Below are positions 31,359 through 40,883 of a stretch of 64,000 nt of DNA, piece by piece (positions within the stretch are counted from its first letter, which is position 1; every line of letters begins with the position of its first letter). The stretch covers positions 1-64,000 of the IMG/VR virus record IMGVR_UViG_3300026521_000466; one strand, 5' to 3'. This DNA comes from a virus. The notes under the pieces are model-generated. The model made no database searches and had not been told where the DNA came from. It was given only the letters and a program-made list of their open reading frames with translations. A program made the position numbers and the translations under genes.

Positions 31359-32951
31359 TTAGATCTTATCACTATCATCGATGGTGATTGCCACTCTTGT
31401 AGTTAAGAGATTGCATGCTGCTGATACAGCGTTCTTTAACGCTGTTTCAGTTACCAGATATGGATCAACAATACCATGCTCGAAGATGTTATCAACTATT
31501 CTGTTTTTAGTCAAGTGATAGAATCTATTTTCTTCGCATGAGATACTGGCAAGCTGTTCTGCTTGGGTGTCATCAGGCGATGCATCATAATAATTCATAA
31601 TCAGCTGATATAGTGGATCGCATAGCACAGACCATACCACCCGTGTTCCAGGAGTCATATTTGATATATCACTATGATACTCTTTATATATTTTATTATA
31701 AATGCTGGATAACGCATTTCCACCCCCTGGCACTACACCCTGTTTCAATGCAGCATCTACCGCAGCTACAGTGTCATCGTATCTGTCTTTTCTCTCTTTG
31801 GCCTCTGCCTCTGTACTACCACCCACATAGATAGTGGATATTTGGCCTGATAGTTTAATTACCCTCTCTTCTAGTTTACCTTTTAAGAAAGGATCATCTT
31901 CTTCATCAATAGCTTTAGTTAATGCTTCGAGATGATCTTTTAATGTATCAGCATCAGCAGATCTTTTTAAGACGATCTCTTCAGTAGTAAGTTCAATCTC
32001 ATCTACTTCTCCTAATTTGATAGGCCCGCAGGATTCGGTTGTTGTAATGCCTGTATAAGCAGCGATATCCATGGCAGTGTCTTTTTTTCTTTCTCCGAAC
32101 CCATCTAGTTTCACAAAGACAATATCCAAGCCCGACTGTCTAATTCTAAGTTGTCCAGCTACTAGATTTGGTACTATCTTGTCAGCTATATCTTTTACGA
32201 AGATCACCAATCTTTTAGGCTTATTCTCTCCAAGACTTGCGATAATGTGTTCAATGTCTTCAGCACTACTGATCTCTTTATAATGAACCAATACTTTTGC
32301 ATTAACCATTGTATGTTTCATATCTACATTCGTAAAGATATCTCTCGATATTGGATCATGCCTATATGTAAGCCCGCTTGTAGTATGGACTTTATCGATA
32401 TGCGTCTGTCCTTCTTCTACTTTCACAACACCGTTCTCATCAGCTGCCCTATACGCATCCACTACAACTTTTGCGATGGTCTCATCTCTGTTTGATGATA
32501 TCATGGCAATATCATATGTCAGAGGGCTGTGTATGTCTATAGTCTTTTTCATATTACCCAATTCAGCAATGATTGGATAAATTGCCTCCTTCATATCTCT
32601 CGTCAGTTCGATAGGGGAAATGTTTTCATTCTCCATCATGGACCGACCAGCTATATATAGTCGTGTTGATAATAGTACACTTGTAGTTGTACCATCACCG
32701 GCAGTAAGTGCTGTTTCTCTAGCTGCTTGCCGTACAAGCTTTATTGCCATATTTTCAATATGGTCACGTGACTCAACATGTTCTGCTACAGTAACGCCGT
32801 CTTTTGTCAAATGGGGATCGCCTGCATAATCCTCGATAAGTACGTTTGCTCCACCAGGTCCCATTGTGGCTACCACAGCATCAAAGAGGGTTGTTAGCCC
32901 GTTCTCGATTGTATTTGTTAAACCGCTATGGCTGAAATGTGTTTGTTTCAT
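31359..32951 (-). CDS. groEL: phage-encoded GroEL-like chaperonin
   Basis: TMGPGGANV, TKDGVTVA, AGDGTTT, ERKDRYDD, GVVPGGG, GIVDP motifs. Confidence 0.95.
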   Translation of the reverse strand: MKQTHFSHSGLTNTIENGLTTLFDAVVATMGPGGANVLIEDYAGDPHLTKDGVTVAEHVESRDHIENMAIKLVRQAARETALTAGDGTTTSVLLSTRLYIAGRSMMENENISPIELTRDMKEAIYPIIAELGNMKKTIDIHSPLTYDIAMISSNRDETIAKVVVDAYRAADENGVVKVEEGQTHIDKVHTTSGLTYRHDPISRDIFTNVDMKHTMVNAKVLVHYKEISSAEDIEHIIASLGENKPKRLVIFVKDIADKIVPNLVAGQLRIRQSGLDIVFVKLDGFGERKKDTAMDIAAYTGITTTESCGPIKLGEVDEIELTTEEIVLKRSADADTLKDHLEALTKAIDEEDDPFLKGKLEERVIKLSGQISTIYVGGSTEAEAKERKDRYDDTVAAVDAALKQGVVPGGGNALSSIYNKIYKEYHSDISNMTPGTRVVWSVLCDPLYQLIMNYYDASPDDTQAEQLASISCEENRFYHLTKNRIVDNIFEHGIVDPYLVTETALKNAVSAACNLLTTRVAITIDDSDKI

Positions 32952-33006
32952 TTGATTACTCCTTATGTTTTTTAGTTAATGTCTATCGACACACCTAAAC
33001 CTATAC

Positions 33007-33020
33007 ACCATAATAATATA
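33007..33020 (-). promoter_or_regulatory. putative early promoter TATATTATTATGGT upstream of groEL
   Basis: Matches recurrent TATATTATTRYRGT. Confidence 0.55.
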
Positions 33021-33080
33021 CATACATAAAATAATGCTCATCTTATTTTTTAAGAAAAAAAATATATACAGGTACAGGGA

Positions 33081-33194
33081 CTAATCAAATAGTCCTTGTA
33101 CCCACTTTGAACGTGCCAGCAACAACGCCATTACTGTTGCTGGCACGCCGATGCCTACGAATGTAATCATCGTGATAGCCATATCTACAATCAT
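33081..33194 (-). CDS. small single-pass membrane peptide (37 aa), not in ORF track
   Basis: MIVDMAITMITFVGIGVPATVMALLLARSKWVQGLFD; AAAGGA RBS, promoter motif upstream, hairpin at the 3' end. Confidence 0.65.
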   Translation of the reverse strand: MIVDMAITMITFVGIGVPATVMALLLARSKWVQGLFD

Positions 33195-33252
33195 AATGTT
33201 CCTTTCTTTTTATTTAATTTTTAAGAACATGTAATGTATATGTCCTTAATCT

Positions 33253-33266
33253 ACTACAATAATATA
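33253..33266 (-). promoter_or_regulatory. putative early promoter TATATTATTGTAGT
   Basis: Matches the recurrent motif; about 60 nt upstream of the 37-aa ORF. Confidence 0.55.
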
Positions 33267-33340
33267 TAAACGACACTTGTTGGAAATTGATGTTTTGTCT
33301 ATCCTTATTATTAATTGAATTTATTGCATAAGGAGATATT

Positions 33341-33730
33341 ATGGCTAAAGTAGCGGTATTATCCGATGAAGAGAAAAAAATATTTGAACAGAATTTAGGC
33401 CGTATGGGAGATATAGTAGATGATCTTTTTAAAGACGGTACGCCCGATACAAATAGAGATAAGAGACTTGCATTGGAAGCAATGGAAAAACAGAACGATA
33501 GTGTTTTGAAGTTAGCGGAAATAAGAAGTAAAGCAGCGCAAGAAGAGGGTGATGAAGCAGTGAAAGGCATAGTCGTTGAGTTATTAAAGCAGGCACGACT
33601 AACTAAATCACAGCCATCAGAAAGAGAGTTTGTCGATATTGATGAGGCGGAGGTAGAACCTATTCTGCCTACGGCATTGTCAATGGAAAAAGAGGAACTT
33701 AATATTGAAGATTTCGTAGAAGAGGAATAA
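33341..33730 (+). CDS. hypothetical acidic helical protein
   Basis: AAGGAG RBS; first gene of the operon ending in ruvC. Confidence 0.7.
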   Translation: MAKVAVLSDEEKKIFEQNLGRMGDIVDDLFKDGTPDTNRDKRLALEAMEKQNDSVLKLAEIRSKAAQEEGDEAVKGIVVELLKQARLTKSQPSEREFVDIDEAEVEPILPTALSMEKEELNIEDFVEEE

Positions 33731-33734
33731 TGGT

Positions 33735-34529
33735 ATGATAGTAAATAAAACAAACACGACAATATATTCATCAATAGTAGATGCCGTAGTAAAAACAGGC
33801 ACAGGTATTTTAAATCCTATTATAGGATCGACGTTAAATGAGAAATACCATATCAATATTACTTCTGATGCATCTGACATACCTACACTGGGATACTATG
33901 GTGTCGGTCTTTCCCCAGAGAGTATAGTTTCAGAAAATGACCTTGACCTTTATAAATACAGACACTCGCCTACGTCAATAGACTTGTTCAGGCCTGTGCC
34001 ATTTATTGCAAGAGATGCTAATGTTGGATTGACAGATATAGAAGAGAACACATATCGAATTAAAGTGCGTAAAGAGATAGATAATAAAACATATATACTC
34101 TGTTATCTTAAAAAGATTGACTTTGTAGACACTGAACCGACAGTCGGCACATTTGAACTGAATGAAGATGGGAACTATGTAATGTCTGTATATGACCCAG
34201 AAATAGATGCTACTAAAGAGATGCCTGTTGATAACGATTCAAATTTCTTTATAGGCACGTCACAATCAATGACATTGACACTGACCGATATTGAAATAGC
34301 TAATATTAAAGATGCAGTAGCTTTACTCTATCCGGAATTAGCATCTGAGTTAGTAGGTCAATATATAGGAGAACTGGCTATTTACCACGGAGTAGAAAAA
34401 CCAGAGCAAAGAGATGAGGCCTCAAAAGTACAAGCTGCTTATTTTATACAAAGACATTTTTCGTTAGACTCTGAAAAGTTTAAATATATTCTGAATATAG
34501 GTGGTATGACACCTAGGATATTCGGATGA
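33735..34529 (+). CDS. putative phiKZ-like virion structural protein
   Basis: STLNEK, HSPT..DLFRPVPFIAR, YILCYLK motifs recalled from a conserved jumbo-phage family. Confidence 0.6.
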   Translation: MIVNKTNTTIYSSIVDAVVKTGTGILNPIIGSTLNEKYHINITSDASDIPTLGYYGVGLSPESIVSENDLDLYKYRHSPTSIDLFRPVPFIARDANVGLTDIEENTYRIKVRKEIDNKTYILCYLKKIDFVDTEPTVGTFELNEDGNYVMSVYDPEIDATKEMPVDNDSNFFIGTSQSMTLTLTDIEIANIKDAVALLYPELASELVGQYIGELAIYHGVEKPEQRDEASKVQAAYFIQRHFSLDSEKFKYILNIGGMTPRIFG

Positions 34530-35086
34530 GTACATATACAATTATGGGGATCGACCCTGGAACTTCGACAGTAGGAGTTGCAATATATCATTATGAAAAC
34601 AATAGGCTAACTAAAATAACAAGTGAGCTTATAGATGTATCCAAAGAGAACAACAGGCATAAGTTAAATACTCATCTTGATGTCAGGCTAACAGCTATTG
34701 CGACGGAGTTATCATTACTTTATAAAAAGTATAATCCTATTGCAGTGGCTATGGAGCATCCATTCATAAATGCTAGAAGACCAACGTCTATTATACCGCT
34801 AGCTAGGTCTATAGAGGCAATCATACACACTGCTTTATTGTTTAATCCCAATATATTCATATATAAACCAGCGCCTACAAAGATAAAAGCTTATGTAAAA
34901 GTAAAAGACTTCAAATCTAAAACTGCTGTCTTGAATGCCATGCTCGAACTTGATGAGATTAAAGGTATTATTGAAAATCCATTCTCAATATCAGAGCATG
35001 AGATAGATGGTGTAGTTATTGGATATCTTCTTCATAAACTAATAGAAGAGGCCCCGTTTATTCCATATATAGTAAGTGACAGGTAG
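34526..35086 (+). CDS. ruvC: RuvC-like Holliday junction resolvase
   Basis: IMGIDPG, VAMEHPF, PTKIK, HEIDG catalytic motifs. Confidence 0.88.
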   Translation: MSTYTIMGIDPGTSTVGVAIYHYENNRLTKITSELIDVSKENNRHKLNTHLDVRLTAIATELSLLYKKYNPIAVAMEHPFINARRPTSIIPLARSIEAIIHTALLFNPNIFIYKPAPTKIKAYVKVKDFKSKTAVLNAMLELDEIKGIIENPFSISEHEIDGVVIGYLLHKLIEEAPFIPYIVSDR

Positions 35087-35106
35087 TGGTGTATATACAC
35101 CACTAC
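35083..35106. terminator. perfect 24-bp palindrome containing both convergent TAG stops
   Basis: GTAGTGGTGTAT|ATACACCACTAC. Confidence 0.7.
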
Positions 35107-35252
35107 ACCGTCTTTGTTGTCATCATACTATCTTTAACTTTCTTAAACTTTGTGAGGATGTTCTTATCAGAACAATTTTTAATATGGTTATTTATTCTCT
35201 TCTCAGCCAACCGTAGTAAACGCATGATAAGAGATATGTCTTGTGTTTGCAT
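35103..35252 (-). CDS. small basic protein (49 aa), not in ORF track
   Basis: MQTQDISLIMRLLRLAEKRINNHIKNCSDKNILTKFKKVKDSMMTTKTV; AAAGGA RBS; TTTTTAATGA upstream. Confidence 0.55.
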   Translation of the reverse strand: MQTQDISLIMRLLRLAEKRINNHIKNCSDKNILTKFKKVKDSMMTTKTV

Positions 35253-35308
35253 TGTAATCCTTTTCATGGGTGAACATTACCATTTCATTAAAAAAAGAAA
35301 CTAAGACG

Positions 35309-36916
35309 TTACACATGCCGCATAACGTCTCTAGCTACTGTTTTTATAAAGTCGTACCCATCCTTTGTATTCTTTAAATTTGCATTCTGATTTGCCAACG
35401 TCTGTTTCTCGATTTCTAACATCTTGATTATTGTAGATTGATCATTTTCAGTCTCTATGATTTTCAGCATCTTTGTGATAAGATCTATTTTACTTTTCCT
35501 TTCTATTGTTATTTTAGATAACATTATCTGCTCATGTTTTCTTCTTAGCTCTTCCAGCTTTAGCATAAACATACGCTCTTCTATACTCTCCTTTTGACCT
35601 CCGTCTTCCAATGCCTTTTGGTAACTAACATAAATATTATGCTCTTTCATCAATCGCTCAGGAATCATTACTCTTTTAAGTTCATTATGGTGATTCTTAT
35701 AAGTGATGATTATCTCTGTTTTATTGTCCTTTATACATTCTACCTTATGAATAACGCCACACATAGGGATATAAACATAATCATATTTTTCAGAGAAGGC
35801 TTTTATTTTAATTCCCTCGACACTATTGATTATGTAAACATTATCTTTTATGTGTTTATACTCGTCAGGATTCTCTGTTATCAGATAGTAGTCTGATACA
35901 AACAGTGTTTTTCTGCGAATAATGTCCTCCATACTAATATGCTTTATAAGGTACATTGAATCGTTAATTATATTCTTTTCTATCTTGCCACTTTTTATCA
36001 TCCTCTCTTTTGTGTATTTAATAAGATTTTTTACAAGACTTACATCTATTCTGTTTAACCCTGTTTTTATTTGTGTTACTGGATCTGCAATATTGCCATA
36101 CTGATCAGTGGAGTCTTTTATGACATAACTTAACTCATCTATGAACTTCTTCTGCGTAAAGAGTTCACTTTGATTGAATGTTTTTCTATAGAGCTCAATC
36201 ATATCATTTATCTTCTCAGATATTGTAAGTAAACCCCCCACATCCTTTTTACATTCGTTCAGTATAAGTCTCTCAAAGTTACTCTCCTTTATCTCGTATA
36301 TACCAAACAGACTTTCAGGGATATCTTCTTCTCTAACCTGATTATAGAGATTTGTATTTTCCACATCAGCAGCATTCATTGTTTCAAACTCTATCCCTTT
36401 AGATGCAAGTAGTGCCTCTAATACTGTATTTCTTGTTATGCGAAATTTCCCCGTTGCGTCCTTATATATATTTGGATAGTATCTTGGTATCTCATTTACA
36501 AGCCCCTCGCTATTTACCAATTCTCTATTTATATCTCCAATATAGAACCTAAAATCAAAGTTTATTTTCATATTGTTGATAATGGTTTTTATCACAGGTT
36601 CTGTATATATCATATCCCCCACACTCAACTCTTTATTTTTGGCTATTGAAATAATATCATGCCAATCTATATTGAGTATGAAATTAATGATATCTGTTCT
36701 TTTCATAAATGAGAAAATTATATTTGGCGATCCAAATACTTTATCATTATTGATTTCATGTTTTTCTTCTTCACTGTTGTCTGTCTCTTCTATAACTCCT
36801 GTCTCTATTATATTATCGAGATACTTAGATATTTTAAGATACTCGTCTGTCTTTGGAATTTCAATATTATCGAATATCTCATTTTCCAATTCGTTCACTC
36901 TTTTGTTGATCTCCAT
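35309..36916 (-). CDS. hypothetical protein with C-terminal coiled coil
   Basis: 535-aa ORF, AAGGAG RBS. Confidence 0.7.
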   Translation of the reverse strand: MEINKRVNELENEIFDNIEIPKTDEYLKISKYLDNIIETGVIEETDNSEEEKHEINNDKVFGSPNIIFSFMKRTDIINFILNIDWHDIISIAKNKELSVGDMIYTEPVIKTIINNMKINFDFRFYIGDINRELVNSEGLVNEIPRYYPNIYKDATGKFRITRNTVLEALLASKGIEFETMNAADVENTNLYNQVREEDIPESLFGIYEIKESNFERLILNECKKDVGGLLTISEKINDMIELYRKTFNQSELFTQKKFIDELSYVIKDSTDQYGNIADPVTQIKTGLNRIDVSLVKNLIKYTKERMIKSGKIEKNIINDSMYLIKHISMEDIIRRKTLFVSDYYLITENPDEYKHIKDNVYIINSVEGIKIKAFSEKYDYVYIPMCGVIHKVECIKDNKTEIIITYKNHHNELKRVMIPERLMKEHNIYVSYQKALEDGGQKESIEERMFMLKLEELRRKHEQIMLSKITIERKSKIDLITKMLKIIETENDQSTIIKMLEIEKQTLANQNANLKNTKDGYDFIKTVARDVMRHV

Positions 36917-36961
36917 CTCAGCTCCTTAAAGAAACCGCGGACCCTCAGGCCTGCGGTCTCA

Positions 36962-37345
36962 TTATGTCTTTTTATTATCAAATGTTTGTGATAGCATTTT
37001 AGAATCTATAGGGAGTTCGGCTGAAGCAATGTTGCCGTTCCTCATAGTCACCTCTATTCTAAACACTATCTTTTTTGTTTTAAGTATTTTTACCAGTAAG
37101 AGGACAAATGTTTTCATTGTCATCTTTTCTCCATATATATACTCCCTCAGGTTTGTGCTGTTCAATTTCTTTTCTGACTCTGGATCGTATGATCTATTTA
37201 TATAGTCCAGAATCATGGCATCCACATTATCCACCAGACCTGCGTCCACTAAAAGTTTACGCCACAGTGTTGTTAATATCCCCCCTGCATTTTTTTCGGT
37301 AGATGGATTTAATAGGTTTTTTCTATCGTATTTTGCCATAGTCAC
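36962..37345 (-). CDS. conserved phiKZ-like small protein, probably early
   Basis: AAGGAG RBS; TATATTATTATAGT motif at 37370-37383. Confidence 0.65.
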   Translation of the reverse strand: MTMAKYDRKNLLNPSTEKNAGGILTTLWRKLLVDAGLVDNVDAMILDYINRSYDPESEKKLNSTNLREYIYGEKMTMKTFVLLLVKILKTKKIVFRIEVTMRNGNIASAELPIDSKMLSQTFDNKKT

Positions 37346-37369
37346 TCCTTTATTATTTACTATGTAACT

Positions 37370-37383
37370 ACTATAATAATATA
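37370..37383 (-). promoter_or_regulatory. putative early promoter TATATTATTATAGT
   Basis: Matches the recurrent motif. Confidence 0.55.
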
Positions 37384-37391
37384 TAAATGTA

Positions 37392-37766
37392 TTATTCTAC
37401 TATATCAGAAAATGATTTTTTCAACTCTTCTAATATATGATGTATCCTTGTTAATGCATCAATATCTTTTATTGTCTTTCCTTTCTTATATTTTTTACTT
37501 AAACTCTCTATTTTAGAATAGAGATCATCAACCACCTCTTCTATATTATTAATAACATTCCCATTATAGTCTGTAAAGAACATATGTCTTTTAATATAAC
37601 GTTTGTTAAAATTTGTATAGTATATTTGCTGTAAATCATTCTCTATATTATTGAGATTATTGTGAAGTTCAAATATGTTTACGGAGTGATACTCTTTTAC
37701 AACGTTAGGGAGTGTATATGGGTTTATGATTTTTCTTTTCTTCTTTCTAAATAGTCCAAACATCAA
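37392..37766 (-). CDS. hypothetical protein
   Basis: 124 aa, AAGGAGG RBS. Confidence 0.65.
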   Translation of the reverse strand: MMFGLFRKKKRKIINPYTLPNVVKEYHSVNIFELHNNLNNIENDLQQIYYTNFNKRYIKRHMFFTDYNGNVINNIEEVVDDLYSKIESLSKKYKKGKTIKDIDALTRIHHILEELKKSFSDIVE

Positions 37767-37840
37767 CCCTCCTTTAAATTATCAACTAATAGAAATATAA
37801 AAATAAATATAATTAACACCATTCGGAAGACCGAATGGCA

Positions 37841-38011
37841 TTAAAGATATCCTAGAATTGCCCCAATGGGAGGGACTAACATACCAACTCCGCGCAGTAT
37901 ATAACAACCTGTTGAGCAGTATTCGTCTAGCATCAGTACTATATTATATATGTATCCTATAGAGAGAAATATACCAGATAATATATTTAATATTTTTAAT
38001 GTTTTTTTCAT
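37841..38011 (-). CDS. small two-TM membrane protein (56 aa), not in ORF track
   Basis: MKKTLKILNILSGIFLSIGYIYNIVLMLDEYCSTGCYILRGVGMLVPPIGAILGYL; starts 1 nt after the upstream stop; hairpin 37819-37838 follows. Confidence 0.7.
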   Translation of the reverse strand: MKKTLKILNILSGIFLSIGYIYNIVLMLDEYCSTGCYILRGVGMLVPPIGAILGYL

Positions 38012-38012
38012 C

Positions 38013-40046
38013 TTACTGGTTTATTGTTTTACGCGCTACTTCATTTAGGAAGTAATTTTTTAATCTGTCATACTCAACCACATTTTTAGTCATTGCTAGT
38101 ACAGCACCGACGCCTACACTGATGTTAGTCTTTACATCACCTTCTGTAGTGTTTTTTCCAGCTTTCATATAGGAGAGCATAATAGGTGATCCACTGATAC
38201 CATTGCTTATTGCATTAAAGCTTTTTTCTACATCACTAATACTTTTGATATAGGCAGCTACTTTTTTATTTGTGAATTGGTCGTCTCTGATAAGTATCAA
38301 TATTTTGTTAACAACCATATTAAGTATGCCTTTTGTAACTACAGTGGTCTTTAACTCTTTTGATATCAATGCATTTTTCAACACTACGCCATCGATATCT
38401 ATGAGCTGCACCAATAGGGTAATATATGGAACATAAGTCATTCTTCCATGTTTTGCACTTTGTATACTTATATTGTAGTTTACCATAACAGCATCAATCT
38501 TTACACTCTTCCCATCATATAGACCAAGTTTATGATCGTATTTCGGTATCTTCTTATAATCAGCAGGATCAAGTATATTTATTAACTTTTGTCCGTAGTT
38601 TGTTTTTATTGCTGCTTTTGCGTCACCATTTATGTAGGACGCCAGTGTACTATTAATGCCTTGATAACCAATCATTATATCAGACAAACGTATTCCGTAG
38701 TCTTTACTAAGCACCCACAGGAAATGTAATTTAGCCAGCTCTTTATTCAATCTTAGCGGCACATCTCTTTTACCTATTTGCTCAAACAGCAATCTTGCTT
38801 TAAGTTGTGTATTTGCGGCTGTCTTTACATTGATTTGACCTATACTCTTAAGATACTTCCATGTATCATTATATTGCGATGGGGCGTAAGTACCACTCTC
38901 AAGGTTAAACAATTCTTGTAGTAGCATTGACTCTTTTTCATTATCTACGACCGGAGAGAAATCAACTGATGTGTCTGATTCCATGTTTGCATTATCAACA
39001 GAGAGAGTGTCCATAAGACTCAACGCCTTTTTGTTATAGCTATGTAATATAGAATAATAAGTTGGTGTTGCCGATAAATAGTTTCCTATAGCACGCATAT
39101 ATACATCATGATCGAGTACAGATATTTTTTTATTTTTATACCTGTCTACTATTTTGTCCATAGTCTTTTTATCTTTTATCTTTTTATTCAATTTGATAAG
39201 TTTATCTTTGAAAGATTCCATATTATCTTGCATTTTCTTATCATAATAGAATTTGAGTATTTGATGTTTCAAATCATCTTCGCTATACTCATCTGTTATT
39301 GTTATGTTATAATCTACACTCACTTTTTTAATGTAGACCAATGTGTTGTTCAGGTATTGTAGATTTAACAGATAGTATTTTATCTTATTCTCTTTCACTT
39401 TCCATGAATAGAGGACATAACGGTGAACTATCTTCTCTCCAGCGAACTCTTTTGGTATTTTTGTAATATGGATAGCTTTACTAAGAAGATCGCCCTTAAC
39501 ATTAGATTCGATCACCTTATCATCTTTCCCATCTACAATATTATTGATTTCATCATACATATCCAGTATAGTACTATCTACACCGTCTATTCCAAGACTA
39601 TCCATGTGTTTCCCAATAGCAACAATATATTTAGGAACATCTTTATCTTTTAACTTTTTGAATGCGTCTGCATTAAAGTGCTTTTCAAAACTCTCCTGTT
39701 TCTTCTCTTTGCTCTTTGGTGTTTTTTCATTACTGTTTCCGCCAAACAATTTGACGATGAAATCAATAATACTATTGATAATTTTACCGATCATTTCGGA
39801 TATAGTGCTGAATACTTCGAGGTTGCATCCGCTTAATTTCAATACCTCTTCTTTGTTAAGCTGGTATTCAAGTGATATTCTCTTGATGAGTTGTTCTGTA
39901 AATAAGGTACCGTCATTTTCCAGATTTATCACTCCTGCATTATATTTATTTTCCAAGTAATGCACTGCGTTGTCATACTTGGATATAATTGACTCTATAT
40001 CGATTGGTCGTTTTTTGGCTGCTTCTCTTAACTTTTTCATATTCAT
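38013..40046 (-). CDS. putative inner-head (ejection) protein with multiple N-[LM]-E sites
   Basis: Propeptide-like N-terminus, NLE then amphipathic helix; N-terminus resembles that of 40880-41947. Confidence 0.6.
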   Translation of the reverse strand: MNMKKLREAAKKRPIDIESIISKYDNAVHYLENKYNAGVINLENDGTLFTEQLIKRISLEYQLNKEEVLKLSGCNLEVFSTISEMIGKIINSIIDFIVKLFGGNSNEKTPKSKEKKQESFEKHFNADAFKKLKDKDVPKYIVAIGKHMDSLGIDGVDSTILDMYDEINNIVDGKDDKVIESNVKGDLLSKAIHITKIPKEFAGEKIVHRYVLYSWKVKENKIKYYLLNLQYLNNTLVYIKKVSVDYNITITDEYSEDDLKHQILKFYYDKKMQDNMESFKDKLIKLNKKIKDKKTMDKIVDRYKNKKISVLDHDVYMRAIGNYLSATPTYYSILHSYNKKALSLMDTLSVDNANMESDTSVDFSPVVDNEKESMLLQELFNLESGTYAPSQYNDTWKYLKSIGQINVKTAANTQLKARLLFEQIGKRDVPLRLNKELAKLHFLWVLSKDYGIRLSDIMIGYQGINSTLASYINGDAKAAIKTNYGQKLINILDPADYKKIPKYDHKLGLYDGKSVKIDAVMVNYNISIQSAKHGRMTYVPYITLLVQLIDIDGVVLKNALISKELKTTVVTKGILNMVVNKILILIRDDQFTNKKVAAYIKSISDVEKSFNAISNGISGSPIMLSYMKAGKNTTEGDVKTNISVGVGAVLAMTKNVVEYDRLKNYFLNEVARKTINQ

Positions 40047-40058
40047 AATTGTCCTTTT

Positions 40059-40883
40059 TTAATATAGTTTATGTTCATCATTCATTGTTTTGCTTTTGCC
40101 ATTAAACCTGCAAGCTGCTAAATGATTGCAGAGTTTCATAAATTTAGTCATAGCATCCACCATAAATCCACTGGCTTTTAGTGATATGGTGCCTGTGACC
40201 ATTTTGATCACTGATCTTGCATTGATGGTAAAGTTGCTTCCAGTAAAATTTACAGTGGTGATATTTACATCAAGCTTCTTATTAGCTGGGTCCCAGATTA
40301 TCTTTTCTCCATTCCCGGCATCAAATGTAACACTGCCTTTAGACATATCCATAGTAAAGTTAAATCCAATGGGCTCTCCATTGTTGGTAGGAGTTTTTAA
40401 TTGTATTCTATTTTCTAATGTAGATACAGTTAATAGGATAGATGTCTTAGAATCAAAATGTTTGCCAAAGTTCTTTTTTTTACTTTGGTCTGTATTAGAG
40501 AATGCGTATGTGACAACCTCTTTACCTTGTAAGTCAGGTTCAATATGCATGGGTTCGTAAAAGTATCTGTCCGTATCGAGTTTCTTAAACACTTCAACAG
40601 TTACACCTGCATATAACACAGGAGGAGTTATTCTATTGCTCCCTCTATTCATCCATCTTGCAGAGACTATCATGTCAGGCTCTTTTGCCGTAGCAAGAAT
40701 AATGTTGCCTTGACCATCTATTGCAGTGTCCGCTGCAATAGGGTCTTGACCTTCTTTCTTTTTCTTATACTCTTTATCCAGTGTTACATGTTCATATAAC
40801 GCTATCTCTATCTCACGCATGTCCGGTTTTGTGTCATGTATAACAACACCATGACCAACACTTATAAATTGCGGAGTCATCAT
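40059..40883 (-). CDS. baseplate central spike-like protein (phiKZ gp164-like)
   Basis: ARWM..SNRITPP N-terminal region followed by beta-strand repeats. Confidence 0.65.
   Translation of the reverse strand: MMTPQFISVGHGVVIHDTKPDMREIEIALYEHVTLDKEYKKKKEGQDPIAADTAIDGQGNIILATAKEPDMIVSARWMNRGSNRITPPVLYAGVTVEVFKKLDTDRYFYEPMHIEPDLQGKEVVTYAFSNTDQSKKKNFGKHFDSKTSILLTVSTLENRIQLKTPTNNGEPIGFNFTMDMSKGSVTFDAGNGEKIIWDPANKKLDVNITTVNFTGSNFTINARSVIKMVTGTISLKASGFMVDAMTKFMKLCNHLAACRFNGKSKTMNDEHKLY

Noticed and set aside
35086-35304. 72-aa hydrophobic plus-strand ORF in the track (holin-like appearance)
   Set aside because: It starts inside the palindrome with no RBS. The opposite-strand 49-aa ORF has an RBS, an upstream motif and a stop in the palindrome.
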